From positions 9 through 64,008 of the forward strand of contig CADAXR010000002.1 in assembly GCA_902791945.1 (NCBI GenBank): a DNA stretch of 64,000 nt, read 5' to 3'. The notes under the pieces are model-generated. The model was given only the letters and a program-made list of their open reading frames with translations. It did no database searches and was not told the DNA's origin. The position numbers and the translations under genes were made by a program. Of the stretch, positions 44,040 to 52,929 are shown piece by piece. Origin of the DNA: an uncultured Bacteroidia bacterium (GTDB lineage: Bacteria > Bacteroidota > Bacteroidia > Bacteroidales > UBA932). Numbering within the stretch: position 1 is the stretch's first letter; each line of letters starts with the position of its first letter.

Positions 44040-45632
44040 ATGAAGCTTGCACAGGGCAAGGAAAAGCCCAATATCGCGTTTAACCCGGATGTTATGCGCG
44101 CCGTGCTGCGCCGCCTGTACAATACCGGCCGTGTAACTCCGCAAATGCTCACGACGCCAGAGTGCAAGGCCCTTATCAATGAGACTTACAAGGTACTCAA
44201 CGGCGCCATTGGCCAGTCCATAACTCAGGAGACCCCAGCGGAATTGACACACGCCCTACGGGAAAATGCCTTCATATTCTCCGGATTCAAAGCCTACCAT
44301 AATCTCCGTGAAATCGGGCTGTCCCTAACAGAGGAAGACGGCACCCTCAAGCCCTTCGCCAAGTTCGCGGAGGATGTAAAAGGGGTAGATGCCCGTTATA
44401 ACCAGCGATACCTTTACGCAGAGTATAACCACGCCGTGCACACCTCGCAGATGGCGGTCAAGTGGAACGACTTCACTAAAGACGGAGATGAATACAATCT
44501 CCAGTACCGGACCGCCGGGGACGAAAGGGTGCGCTCGGATCACGCCCGCCTTGACGGGGTGACGCTCCCGCCATCCGATAAGTTTTGGAACAACTATCTG
44601 CCGCCCAACGGCTGGAACTGCCGCTGCCAGGTAGTCCAGGTTCTCAAGGATGACTACCCTGAGAGCGACAGCGATGCCGCCACCCAGTGGGGGGATGAAT
44701 GCACCGCGGACCCCAAGGCGCAGATATTCCGCTACAATGCTGGCAAGGAGATGGAGATCTTCCCGCTCAAGCACCCGTACTTCAAGGCTCCGGAGTCAGT
44801 TAAAAAGGTTGTAGAGCAATTAGCGGAGGAATCCGTAGAGGATTCAGGAAAGAGGATAAAGGAAATGGTGGGGGAAATGCCAGAATATCTATCCAAGGAG
44901 GAAAAAGAGGCTATCGCTAAGAACATCATTGAAATTGAAAAAAGCCTCTCAATCAAGAAAGGCAAGGTGATGACTGTCGAACAGGCCGATAAGCAGAGCG
45001 CAAACCCGAAGTATGTGCCCGAGTACATCCCCGATCCCAAGGGAAAGTATATTATCGACGGCGTTGTTTCGAGCAGAAACCCCAATTTCGTCAAAAGTCG
45101 CGATATACCCTACCATATTAACTGCCAAACGTGCGCTCCCGCTTATATGCTCCGCTTGCGTGGATTAAAAGTGTCGGCAAAAGGTAATACGTCCGGGTCA
45201 AAATCCGAATACCTTAGCTCGGGGATGAGGACTTGGGAAAAATGGCTCAACCCCGATGGGACACAAGCTAAGCATGCGAGTCTTGTTGATTGGATGAAGG
45301 GTAAAGAGTATAAAGAAATGACGCCCAAACGTTACAAAGAGTTCTTTGATGAAGTCTGTAAGGAAGAGGGAGTTTATGAATTATCCATCGGGTGGAAGCG
45401 AGGCTATGGACATGCGACAATCCTCCAGCGCTTCAAAGATGGGGAGCTAAGGTATATTGAACCACAACGAGATAACTCCGAAGGTTCAGGGCGCGAGAGT
45501 AGGAACGTGGATTATTTGTGCCAAAACGGGGTGCGGATTGGCACGAGAATCCATGCCTGCCGAGGTATAATGAGGATTGACAACAAAATTATCAACCCTA
45601 AATATATGGATATTTTTGAGGGAGAAACTTAA
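44040..45632 (+). CDS. MuF-like minor head protein fused to a ~250-aa C-terminal Cys/His domain
   Basis: The MuF/SPP1-gp7 signature is YRTAGDERVRSDHARLDGV..PPNGWNCRCQV. The C-terminal extension contains YHINCQTCAPAY .. GYGHATIL .. YIEPQRD. The start is uncertain because the frame is open back to 43896. Confidence 0.7.
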   Translation: MKLAQGKEKPNIAFNPDVMRAVLRRLYNTGRVTPQMLTTPECKALINETYKVLNGAIGQSITQETPAELTHALRENAFIFSGFKAYHNLREIGLSLTEEDGTLKPFAKFAEDVKGVDARYNQRYLYAEYNHAVHTSQMAVKWNDFTKDGDEYNLQYRTAGDERVRSDHARLDGVTLPPSDKFWNNYLPPNGWNCRCQVVQVLKDDYPESDSDAATQWGDECTADPKAQIFRYNAGKEMEIFPLKHPYFKAPESVKKVVEQLAEESVEDSGKRIKEMVGEMPEYLSKEEKEAIAKNIIEIEKSLSIKKGKVMTVEQADKQSANPKYVPEYIPDPKGKYIIDGVVSSRNPNFVKSRDIPYHINCQTCAPAYMLRLRGLKVSAKGNTSGSKSEYLSSGMRTWEKWLNPDGTQAKHASLVDWMKGKEYKEMTPKRYKEFFDEVCKEEGVYELSIGWKRGYGHATILQRFKDGELRYIEPQRDNSEGSGRESRNVDYLCQNGVRIGTRIHACRGIMRIDNKIINPKYMDIFEGET

Positions 45633-45853
45633 TTATCAAATTGGGCAGTAATATCCAGGGCCTCAAAGCCTGTAACTGAAATTGCGCTGCCGTCTTTATA
45701 CAAGTAAACAAAAGGGAAACCGGTATTAGAACCATCCGGGAAGAGAAACAAGAAGGCATCCTGCCCCTCGTACTTGCCAAGGTGCTCAAAGTGCTTCCCA
45801 AACCGCTTGATAAGTTCGCCAGCTTCTTTTATGACTGCTTCCGGTACTTGCAT
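45629..45853 (-). CDS. Small protein encoded antisense to the head operon (moron; possible immunity partner)
   Basis: 74 aa from the ATG (MQVPEAVIKEAGELIK..). A TATCTTTG -7 box (complement of 45860-67) lies 6 nt upstream. Its stop overlaps the stop of the MuF-fusion gene. Confidence 0.45.
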   Translation of the reverse strand: MQVPEAVIKEAGELIKRFGKHFEHLGKYEGQDAFLFLFPDGSNTGFPFVYLYKDGSAISVTGFEALDITAQFDN

Positions 45854-45892
45854 ACGGCACAAAGATACAAAAAATAAAGCATAAACCGAAAA

Positions 45893-46354
45893 ATGGCAAA
45901 CATTTATGACAAAATTCTCCGGGATGCCCGGGTGAAACTGACGGAGATGTTCGACAGGAACTTCACCCGGCAGGGATTTTTCGGCAAGAAATGGGTGCCC
46001 ACAAAGGTGTCCAAGGTAAACAAAGCAGGTAAAGTCGGGTCTATCCTGATTGTCTCCGGGGCCATGCGCCGCAGCATCCGGTCCGAGGTGAGGGGCAACG
46101 CCGTGGTTTTCACCTCGAACCTTCCATATACCGCACTACACAATGAGGGCGGCAGGTTCGCCGGCAACGTCCGCGCCCACGTCCGCAAGGTCGGCGGCAA
46201 GTTTGTCCGCGTCCGTGCCCATACCAGGCAGATGAATATGCCGCAGCGCCAGTTCATCGGCGACCACGCGGAAGTCCAGAAAGCCCTGGGCGATATAGTT
46301 TATAAGAACCTCCAAAAAGAGAGCGAGCAGCTCGTTAAAAAATTCGGCAAATGA
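45893..46354 (+). CDS. Virion morphogenesis protein (Mu gpG-like)
   Basis: 153 aa. Segments FDRNFTRQGFFGKKW.. and ..YTALHNEGG.. ..MPQRQFIG resemble the gpG/tail-completion family. Confidence 0.55.
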   Translation: MANIYDKILRDARVKLTEMFDRNFTRQGFFGKKWVPTKVSKVNKAGKVGSILIVSGAMRRSIRSEVRGNAVVFTSNLPYTALHNEGGRFAGNVRAHVRKVGGKFVRVRAHTRQMNMPQRQFIGDHAEVQKALGDIVYKNLQKESEQLVKKFGK

Positions 46355-46953
46355 GAGAACGACTGTACAAAGAGATTTCGGCCCGTTTGGGACGCATTTA
46401 CGATGTAGATGGCATTCCGGTCTATATCCGGCCCCAGGACTCCCCAAACAAGCCCGAAACGGCCGAAACGGCCATCAAACACTTCGACCTCTGGAACGAT
46501 AACGTGGTACAGCTCACGCAGCAGCGGCCGTTCCCCACTCCAGCGGTGTTCTTTGAGTTCCCGCCTATCGTCTGGGCGGCCGCAGGAATGAAGACCATGC
46601 GGGCCCGCGTGGACATCCGGCTGCATATCGTCACCGCCACGCTCGCCGCGATGGGTACCCAGTATGAGGCCGCAGCGCTCTACCGGTTCCGGCTGATCCA
46701 GGCGACGGAAGACGCCCTGCGAGGGATGTCTGGCAAGCCGGATGAAAGGGGCAGGAGTTTCAGTACCCTCGCGAAAGTAGAATCCGACACGGACCACAAC
46801 CACGAACAGGTGTGCGAGGACATCGAGGTCTGGGCCACCTACTGCCACGACCTTTCCGCATACACGCAGGACGGCAAGGTGCTCACATCATTCCCGGTCT
46901 ATCTCAATACCGGGGACATCTTTACCCCCGTCTTTGAAGATCCATTCGTATAG
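46351..46953 (+). CDS. Phage head/tail-joining module protein, unknown function
   Basis: 200-aa ORF. Its start overlaps the upstream stop. Confidence 0.35.
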   Translation: MRERLYKEISARLGRIYDVDGIPVYIRPQDSPNKPETAETAIKHFDLWNDNVVQLTQQRPFPTPAVFFEFPPIVWAAAGMKTMRARVDIRLHIVTATLAAMGTQYEAAALYRFRLIQATEDALRGMSGKPDERGRSFSTLAKVESDTDHNHEQVCEDIEVWATYCHDLSAYTQDGKVLTSFPVYLNTGDIFTPVFEDPFV

Positions 46954-46955
46954 CA

Positions 46956-46986
46956 GAACCGCCGCGCAATCGATGCACGGCGGTTC
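46956..46986. terminator. Hairpin between convergent late (plus) and early (minus) transcription units
   Basis: A 9-bp stem gaaccgccg/cggcggttc. There is no clear U-tract. Confidence 0.4.
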
Positions 46987-46988
46987 GC

Positions 46989-47225
46989 TTAATCAAAGAG
47001 TGTCAACTGCGCGGGGTCTTCCCTGGGCGGTTCTTTCAATTCAGATAAAGGCGTCCGGATATAGGAGAGGTAAGTGCGGTAACACATCGGATAGACCGGG
47101 TAGATATATCGCTGCCAAACCATCTTGTAACACCTCGCGGCGTTACCCTGCTCATAATGCTGCTGGGTAATCTCGCAGACGTGCTTGATGCGCATAAGCG
47201 TATTTTTATGATGTTTTGCTCCCAA
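46989..47225 (-). CDS. Small phage protein, unknown function
   Basis: 78-aa ORF at the end of the early operon. Confidence 0.3.
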   Translation of the reverse strand: MGAKHHKNTLMRIKHVCEITQQHYEQGNAARCYKMVWQRYIYPVYPMCYRTYLSYIRTPLSELKEPPREDPAQLTLFD

Positions 47226-47303
47226 ATCCGAAAAAACTTATTAACTTTGTGGCAGTTCCCCAGACTGCCAGCCTGTTTCTGTTTTTCGGAAGCGGGCTTT
47301 TTT

Positions 47304-47489
47304 CTATTCTTCCCGCCCGTAGGGCTCCATGGTGACGGTGCCCTCGTAGTGCTTCTTAACGAGCCCGGACCCGCAACAGATCGGGCAGATCTTGAACCCC
47401 GGGCGGCCGTCCTCAGGGATGCGGCCCTCACTGTTGCAGTTCCGGCAAACCTCAATCTTATCATAAGAAAACGCTCTGCACTTTTCCAT
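47304..47489 (-). CDS. Small zinc-finger protein (CxxC ... CxxCxGxG)
   Basis: 61 aa with CRNCNSEG and CPICCGSGLV (DnaJ-type zinc-finger pattern). Confidence 0.5.
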   Translation of the reverse strand: MEKCRAFSYDKIEVCRNCNSEGRIPEDGRPGFKICPICCGSGLVKKHYEGTVTMEPYGREE

Positions 47490-47493
47490 TCGG

Positions 47494-48018
47494 CTATTCC
47501 TGGGATTCCTTTTTCAGTTCGACATAGAAGGTCTCATCCTGGACTACATCGATGCCGCAGTTCTGCATGATCTTCTGGGTGTCCTCACTGTCACGGTCGG
47601 CCAAAAGTTTATCCTTGGCCACTTCATCCGTGGTGCGGATGTAGGCGGTATGGCCGAGATTCCGGAGCAGTTCCAGGACGGCCGCCCAGGTGAAGCCCTT
47701 GCGGGTCTTGAGTTTCGGCGTACCGGTGCGGAACCCGATGGTGCCGTGCGCGCTCTCAAGGCTCTTTTTCTTGGAGAAAAGTTCATCCTTGTGCTCGGAG
47801 GCGAACACGTTCAGGACCTCGAAGTTCTCTTCCTTGGTCTTTTCCAGTGCCGCCAGGCGCTCCGCGTGCTTTTCGCGGATGGCGGTGAACTGCTTATCCA
47901 TTTCGGCGGTGATTTTCGCGATTTCTGCGTCAGCGGAGGCATACGCGCCGAAAGCCTCTTCCATCTGGTCCCGGGTCACACCCGAAAGGATGGTCTTCTT
48001 TGTTCTTTTGGTTGCCAT
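47494..48018 (-). CDS. Mu Gam-like host-nuclease inhibitor
   Basis: 174 aa. An N-terminal coiled coil (..AEIAKITAEMDKQFTAIREKH..) and the segment ..HGTIGFRTGTPKLK.. are typical of Gam-like proteins. Confidence 0.7.
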   Translation of the reverse strand: MATKRTKKTILSGVTRDQMEEAFGAYASADAEIAKITAEMDKQFTAIREKHAERLAALEKTKEENFEVLNVFASEHKDELFSKKKSLESAHGTIGFRTGTPKLKTRKGFTWAAVLELLRNLGHTAYIRTTDEVAKDKLLADRDSEDTQKIMQNCGIDVVQDETFYVELKKESQE

Positions 48019-48038
48019 AATATCGTTTGATTAAAAGG

Positions 48039-48599
48039 TTATTTCTTAAGTCTTGCGGCAAGGGCGGCGGCCCCTATCCAGCCCGCCAGCTTAGGATGCT
48101 CCCGGAGGCTGTTTTCAATGGTCTTGAAGATGCGGCGCTGGTCGCCGAACACGCCGGAATACCCCTGCATAACACCGGGGGCGATGTCCTCGCCGATGAA
48201 GATTGCGACAGCGCAGCCCTCGACATCCTTGCCGTCGGCGGCGAAGCGCTCTTCCACGGTCCGCATGAATTCCTGCGCCAGCTGAGCAATGGTCTTTTCA
48301 GCGGCCGGGGTCTCTTTGGGATTCTCATTGAGGACGTTGCCAAGGGCAAACTCCACAGTGAAGATTTCTTCCGTCTTCCAGTCCTGGATGTCCACGCACT
48401 TGCGGATGAGAGAATTGTCCCCGGTCTTCACTTCCAGAGACTTGAGGGTAGGGAGCAACGCCGGTCCGAAGTCGAAATCATACGGATCCCGAACAATGCA
48501 ATACACCGTATTCCCGTCCAGGAAAGCAAGGTGCCCGGTGCGGTGGCTCACGGCGGCCACCCCTTGCGGCTTGTAGCCGCGCTTGACTATGGATGCCAT
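48039..48599 (-). CDS. Phage early protein, unknown function
   Basis: 186-aa ORF. Confidence 0.4.
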   Translation of the reverse strand: MASIVKRGYKPQGVAAVSHRTGHLAFLDGNTVYCIVRDPYDFDFGPALLPTLKSLEVKTGDNSLIRKCVDIQDWKTEEIFTVEFALGNVLNENPKETPAAEKTIAQLAQEFMRTVEERFAADGKDVEGCAVAIFIGEDIAPGVMQGYSGVFGDQRRIFKTIENSLREHPKLAGWIGAAALAARLKK

Positions 48600-48601
48600 A
48601 A

Positions 48602-48793
48602 TTATTCAAACAGCTTTATAATCCCGTATATAAGAACCAGGAGAAATACAATAAGAATGGGAATCCATAAGGGGGATAGAACCCACCACCAAGACCACGC
48701 TATGACCTTGGTAAGTTTGAGGACAATGAAGACGATAGCAAGCAAACCGGTGAATCCGATTCCGCCGCTGATGTTTGAAGATGATTTTGCCAT
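48602..48793 (-). CDS. Small two-TM membrane protein
   Basis: 63 aa with hydrophobic segments GFTGLLAIVFIVL and WWVLSPLWIPILIVFLLVLIYGII. Confidence 0.45.
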   Translation of the reverse strand: MAKSSSNISGGIGFTGLLAIVFIVLKLTKVIAWSWWWVLSPLWIPILIVFLLVLIYGIIKLFE

Positions 48794-48811
48794 AATATAA
48801 ATGATTTGAAG

Positions 48812-49294
48812 TTAGTTTGCCATTCTTTTACCCGCCGGTGTGCCTTGGGCCTTCATGGCGGTGGCCATCGCCAGGTATTCCTGGGCGATGCTGTCCACGG
48901 CTTTTGAGTCCTTCATCTTCTGATTGAAGGCATAGCAGATGTTTTTCAGGCGGTCGGCCGGAATCTTGTTAAAATCCTGGTATCCGGTAGCGCGGCAGGC
49001 AATGCCCTTGATGACGGAGGCATTGTCTTCGCGGCCGGTGAGGCGGAGCCATGACCCGATGGCCGCCATCGTGCGCCTGCGCTGTTGGTCCAGTTCCTTG
49101 AGGGCCGGGTTCAGCTGCATTTCCAGGGTGTGGCAGAGGTCCATAAGGTCGTGGTTGTCGATGTCCTTGCTGCTCTCCACACCGAAGCTCTCCACCAGGG
49201 CGTGCTTTTCGTCGTCAGTCATACCCAGGCGCGAGCACAGCGTGTGGAATTTCTTGAGCAGCCATTTCTGCTGTTGGTCCATAATCGTTGCCAT
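48812..49294 (-). CDS. GemA / Mu gp16-like (DUF1018) protein
   Basis: 160 aa. QQKWLLKKFHTLCSRLGMTDDEKHALVESFGVESSKD matches the gp16-like pattern. Confidence 0.55.
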   Translation of the reverse strand: MATIMDQQQKWLLKKFHTLCSRLGMTDDEKHALVESFGVESSKDIDNHDLMDLCHTLEMQLNPALKELDQQRRRTMAAIGSWLRLTGREDNASVIKGIACRATGYQDFNKIPADRLKNICYAFNQKMKDSKAVDSIAQEYLAMATAMKAQGTPAGKRMAN

Positions 49295-49303
49295 ATTGAG
49301 CGT

Positions 49304-49939
49304 TTATAACTTGTTTAACCAGTATTCGTGTTCTCCTTTCTCCCATACGGTGAAGTCGGCGCCGCCTTCGCCCTCCGCCATGAAGCGGGTGGTCACGAAG
49401 GCGCGGAACCCCTCGACCCTCACCTTCACCTCGGAGAGTTTCCGCACGTGCTGGGCGATGGCCGGGTAGGGTTTATTGTTTTCTTCATGGGCAAGGAAGA
49501 TGAAAAGTTTGTCCGGGAATGTGTTGATAAGATCCGCGAAGGCCGGGCGGGTGAACCCCGTGAGTGCGGTGATGGAGTCGATGACTACCACGTCCGGGCT
49601 ACGGCGCTTCTGCAGGCGGGCTTTCAGGTCGCTTATTTCCTCCTTGGAGTAAACCACTACCTTATTGCCGCAGCTCTGCATATCGGCGTCATACCAGGCC
49701 GTCTGGAAGGATTTGGAAAGGCCCTGCTCAAGCGTGTCGTATGCGCCACGGCTCACGAATTTGAGCAGGTACTTGAGCAGTTCCATCGCAAAATGCGTCT
49801 TTCCGCTTCCGGATTCGCCGTAAATGATCCACGCGCCGCGGAGCTCCGGCCTGCCGAAAGAGGCAAGCCAGGGCCCTTCAAAATCCGCCACCTTGAAGGA
49901 GGCGTCACACACATTCCTGTTGCTTATAGCGCGTCCCAT
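49304..49939 (-). CDS. P-loop NTPase (RecA/KaiC-like fold, predicted)
   Basis: 211 aa. Walker A is YGESGSGKTH and the Walker B-like segment is VVVIDSITAL. Confidence 0.55.
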   Translation of the reverse strand: MGRAISNRNVCDASFKVADFEGPWLASFGRPELRGAWIIYGESGSGKTHFAMELLKYLLKFVSRGAYDTLEQGLSKSFQTAWYDADMQSCGNKVVVYSKEEISDLKARLQKRRSPDVVVIDSITALTGFTRPAFADLINTFPDKLFIFLAHEENNKPYPAIAQHVRKLSEVKVRVEGFRAFVTTRFMAEGEGGADFTVWEKGEHEYWLNKL

Positions 49940-49950
49940 TCAAACGGTGT

Positions 49951-50802
49951 TTAATCAGCGTTTTCGATGGTCTTTGCGGCGTGTACCAGACGCTTGACGC
50001 GGCGCAGGTCACAATCGCTGTCCTCCGCGATGCGGTTAATCTCCGCGCGGGCGGTGACGCCGTTTGCGATACAGACGGCCTCGATGTCCCCTTTGCAGAC
50101 GACCGGCATAGGGATGAACTTGCGGCCCACGCGGCTGTATATCTCGCGGAACCCCCGGCGATTATTACGGACACCGCGGAGGACCCGTTTCTCAAGGAAC
50201 TGGGTTGCGCACATTACGATCCCGCAGTGGTCTTCCAGCTGGTTGTACAGGGTGATGAAGAAAAGAAGGGTCTGGTCGCTGAGTTTGTCTGCCTCATCGA
50301 GAACCAGGAGAACCCCATCACGGCGTTTGAGAGTATGCACGGCGTCAGCCACCATTTCAGCAACAGTGTTCCCTTCGGCGTCGATGCCCAGCGTGCCCAG
50401 AAGCTCCGAAAGGAACTGCTTGCGGTTCCAAAACTCCGAGCAGGAGAGTACAAGGACATTGGGGTTGCACTCTGCGTATGCCTTCACGGCCTGAGACTTT
50501 CCGCATCCGGCGTCACCGGTGACGGCAAACACCAGGGCATTTTCCTGGGCATCGGTGAGGACGTCATACATCCGGTTGTATCCCTCTGTCTGCACAACCA
50601 CCCACTGGCGCGGGTCGTATCCGACGGCGGCTCCCACAATGCGCCACATATCTTCCGAAATGAGATCCCAATTCCCGTTAAGGATCTGGCTTAGGGTCGC
50701 GCTGCTTACTCCGATGACGGAAGCCGCCCGGTTTTGGCTTCCCTGGTTGGCGGCAAAAGCCCTGGCTTTCTCCGCAATGGATTGTTTTTCTGACTTTTTC
50801 AT
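49951..50802 (-). CDS. MuB-like transposition ATPase
   Basis: 283 aa. It has an N-terminal HTH (SVIGVSSATLSQILNG), Walker A (TGDAGCGKSQ) and Walker B (LLVLDEADKL). It lies directly downstream of the transposase. Confidence 0.75.
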   Translation of the reverse strand: MKKSEKQSIAEKARAFAANQGSQNRAASVIGVSSATLSQILNGNWDLISEDMWRIVGAAVGYDPRQWVVVQTEGYNRMYDVLTDAQENALVFAVTGDAGCGKSQAVKAYAECNPNVLVLSCSEFWNRKQFLSELLGTLGIDAEGNTVAEMVADAVHTLKRRDGVLLVLDEADKLSDQTLLFFITLYNQLEDHCGIVMCATQFLEKRVLRGVRNNRRGFREIYSRVGRKFIPMPVVCKGDIEAVCIANGVTARAEINRIAEDSDCDLRRVKRLVHAAKTIENAD

Positions 50803-50817
50803 ATTAACAAAACTTGA

Positions 50818-52833
50818 TTAGTATAATTCTGCGGTTTTCATCTTACGCTGCGGAGTTTCCGGCACGGGCACTTCGATCGGGACGGGCTCCGCCTGGGGTT
50901 GTACCTCCGGGGCAGTAAGCCGCGCCTCATTGCGGCGGCTCTTGTGCTGTCCTTCGCTGTCGCACAGGCATACACGGCGCAGCATATCCAGCTGGGGATT
51001 CTTATGGAAGAGGTCTATAACCGTGTCGCTGGCGTCGCTTATGGTCTTCACCACGTGCGGCTCAAGCACCTTGGCGTTGAACTCCCGGACGCGGGCAAGC
51101 TGCTCCGCATCGCCGGGTTTACGGTCAGCAAGGGCCATCGGTTGGACATACTTTTCTTCAAGCAGGAATTTCAGAGAACCGTCCTCATTGACGGCAAGGA
51201 CCTTGGCAAGATTGTCAGGATCGTACTTCACGTTCCAGCGGATATGTGAGTATTTCCGGAAGTTCATATCAAAGCAGTCGTAAGAGCGCTTTGCCCCGAG
51301 CAGCCGGATATTCAGGCCGGAGCCCTCAAGGGCATTCTTATACCCGGTTTCACTGCCGAAAGTCAGAAGGTACTGCTCATCCGAGAGAGGCAGGCGGCGG
51401 TCTTCCGCGACCTTATCCCACCCGGCTACGTACTTCTCGCGGGCCATTGCGCGCATCCCCTCGATGAGCCTGACAACCTGGGCTACACATTCCTCGCGGG
51501 TAGGGAAAGACTTGCGGATAAGGTTGAGCGCATCGGCATTGGGCTGCTTGTTTTTGTCTGAGGTGATGCCGAAGCCGGCCCAGTTCGGAAGCAGCTGGCA
51601 CATCTTGTTGAAGGAAAGGAAAAATCTTTCGACCGGCTTGCTCTTCGCGTTCTTGACCTTCGCCGGGACTACTTTTGCGCCGATGGCGCTGTAAACCGGC
51701 ATCATTGTCTTCATCGCGAAATGGTCGCTCTGGATCTGGTTGGCGCGATAGCGGCGGCCGAAGAGCTCCGCCGTGTGGTTGGCTGCGTTGCGGAGGGCGG
51801 CTGTAATGAGGGCGGAATCCTCCTGGTCGCCGATGGCATAACCGATGGGATAACCGCAGAAAGGATCCAGGACAATTTCAAGGGTAAGGCGGTTACTGTA
51901 GGAAGTGACGGTGCGGCCGTCTTTTTTCGTCTCGGTCTTCTGATACAGAAGTTCAACATCCCAGCCGTCAAGGCTCCACATATACAGGGGCGCGGTGGGT
52001 GCGCTGCGCTTGACCTGCATGCTGCGCTGGTTATAGAACTCCGAATTACCCAGGCGTCCGGCGGCGGTCTCAAGATCGTATTTGCGACGCCAGGACTTAA
52101 CGGCCGGTGCTGTGACTTTCTTCCAGCCTAATTTTTCAGCCAGGGCGTTGTATATCATTGCAATCTGGCTATTGTCAAGGTTCCGGTGGTCGGCAAGCAG
52201 CTTGACCACCACGGCCTCCTGTTCTTTGGTGACAATCTTCGCCGCGTTGGCATTGGCGAATTTGGCGGAAATTAGTACCTCATAGTTGGCGGAGCCTCCG
52301 CGGAAGAAATCATTGTATTTGTCCTGCAGGCGACGGGCATTCTCCGGAAGGCTGTTGGGGAACCGGTCAGCGATACGGGGCAGCGCGGCCGCAGCACGTT
52401 TCCAGAAATCGCAGCGCTTGACACGCGGCTTGCTAAGCTTGGCGTGCTGGCTGTCGGACCGGGTGAGAATCAACCGGAAGGCCGCGAGGATGGAGGCATT
52501 GTTCGTGTACTCCGCCTGTTTCTCATAGTCCAGACCGCGCACACCATCGATGCGGTAATCCGCATAGAATTGGGCGGCAAATCCGTCCGGCTCGATGGTG
52601 TCGATAAATTCCTTACTCTCTGCCTGGGCCTTGAGGTCGGGTGTCCGCCTGTACACCTCAATCTTTATCTTGGCGGGCATCGTGTCCACCACGAAGAGAG
52701 CCGGGGACCCTGGGCAAGCTCTGCGGGCTTGCTGGATCTTGCCCCGCTGCACTCCGTGCTGGATTGCCTTCATCGACAGGATGCCGGCAAGGTCCTCGTA
52801 GGTCGCACAGTATTTTCCGTTATAAACTTCCAT
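50818..52833 (-). CDS. Mu-type DDE transposase (MuA-like)
   Basis: ~671 aa from MEVYNGKY. The call rests on its size, its position upstream of the MuB-like ATPase, an integrase-like core region (..MWSLDGWDVELLY..), and the matching terminal repeats. Confidence 0.7.
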   Translation of the reverse strand: MEVYNGKYCATYEDLAGILSMKAIQHGVQRGKIQQARRACPGSPALFVVDTMPAKIKIEVYRRTPDLKAQAESKEFIDTIEPDGFAAQFYADYRIDGVRGLDYEKQAEYTNNASILAAFRLILTRSDSQHAKLSKPRVKRCDFWKRAAAALPRIADRFPNSLPENARRLQDKYNDFFRGGSANYEVLISAKFANANAAKIVTKEQEAVVVKLLADHRNLDNSQIAMIYNALAEKLGWKKVTAPAVKSWRRKYDLETAAGRLGNSEFYNQRSMQVKRSAPTAPLYMWSLDGWDVELLYQKTETKKDGRTVTSYSNRLTLEIVLDPFCGYPIGYAIGDQEDSALITAALRNAANHTAELFGRRYRANQIQSDHFAMKTMMPVYSAIGAKVVPAKVKNAKSKPVERFFLSFNKMCQLLPNWAGFGITSDKNKQPNADALNLIRKSFPTREECVAQVVRLIEGMRAMAREKYVAGWDKVAEDRRLPLSDEQYLLTFGSETGYKNALEGSGLNIRLLGAKRSYDCFDMNFRKYSHIRWNVKYDPDNLAKVLAVNEDGSLKFLLEEKYVQPMALADRKPGDAEQLARVREFNAKVLEPHVVKTISDASDTVIDLFHKNPQLDMLRRVCLCDSEGQHKSRRNEARLTAPEVQPQAEPVPIEVPVPETPQRKMKTAELY

Positions 52834-52929
52834 TTTATTGTTCCTTGACTGTCTTGCTCCCCGTCCTGGTATCGCTCCAGACAAAGCCCTAAGCCTTCAC
52901 GGGGAAATCCTTAAGTTTCGCCCTGCGGG

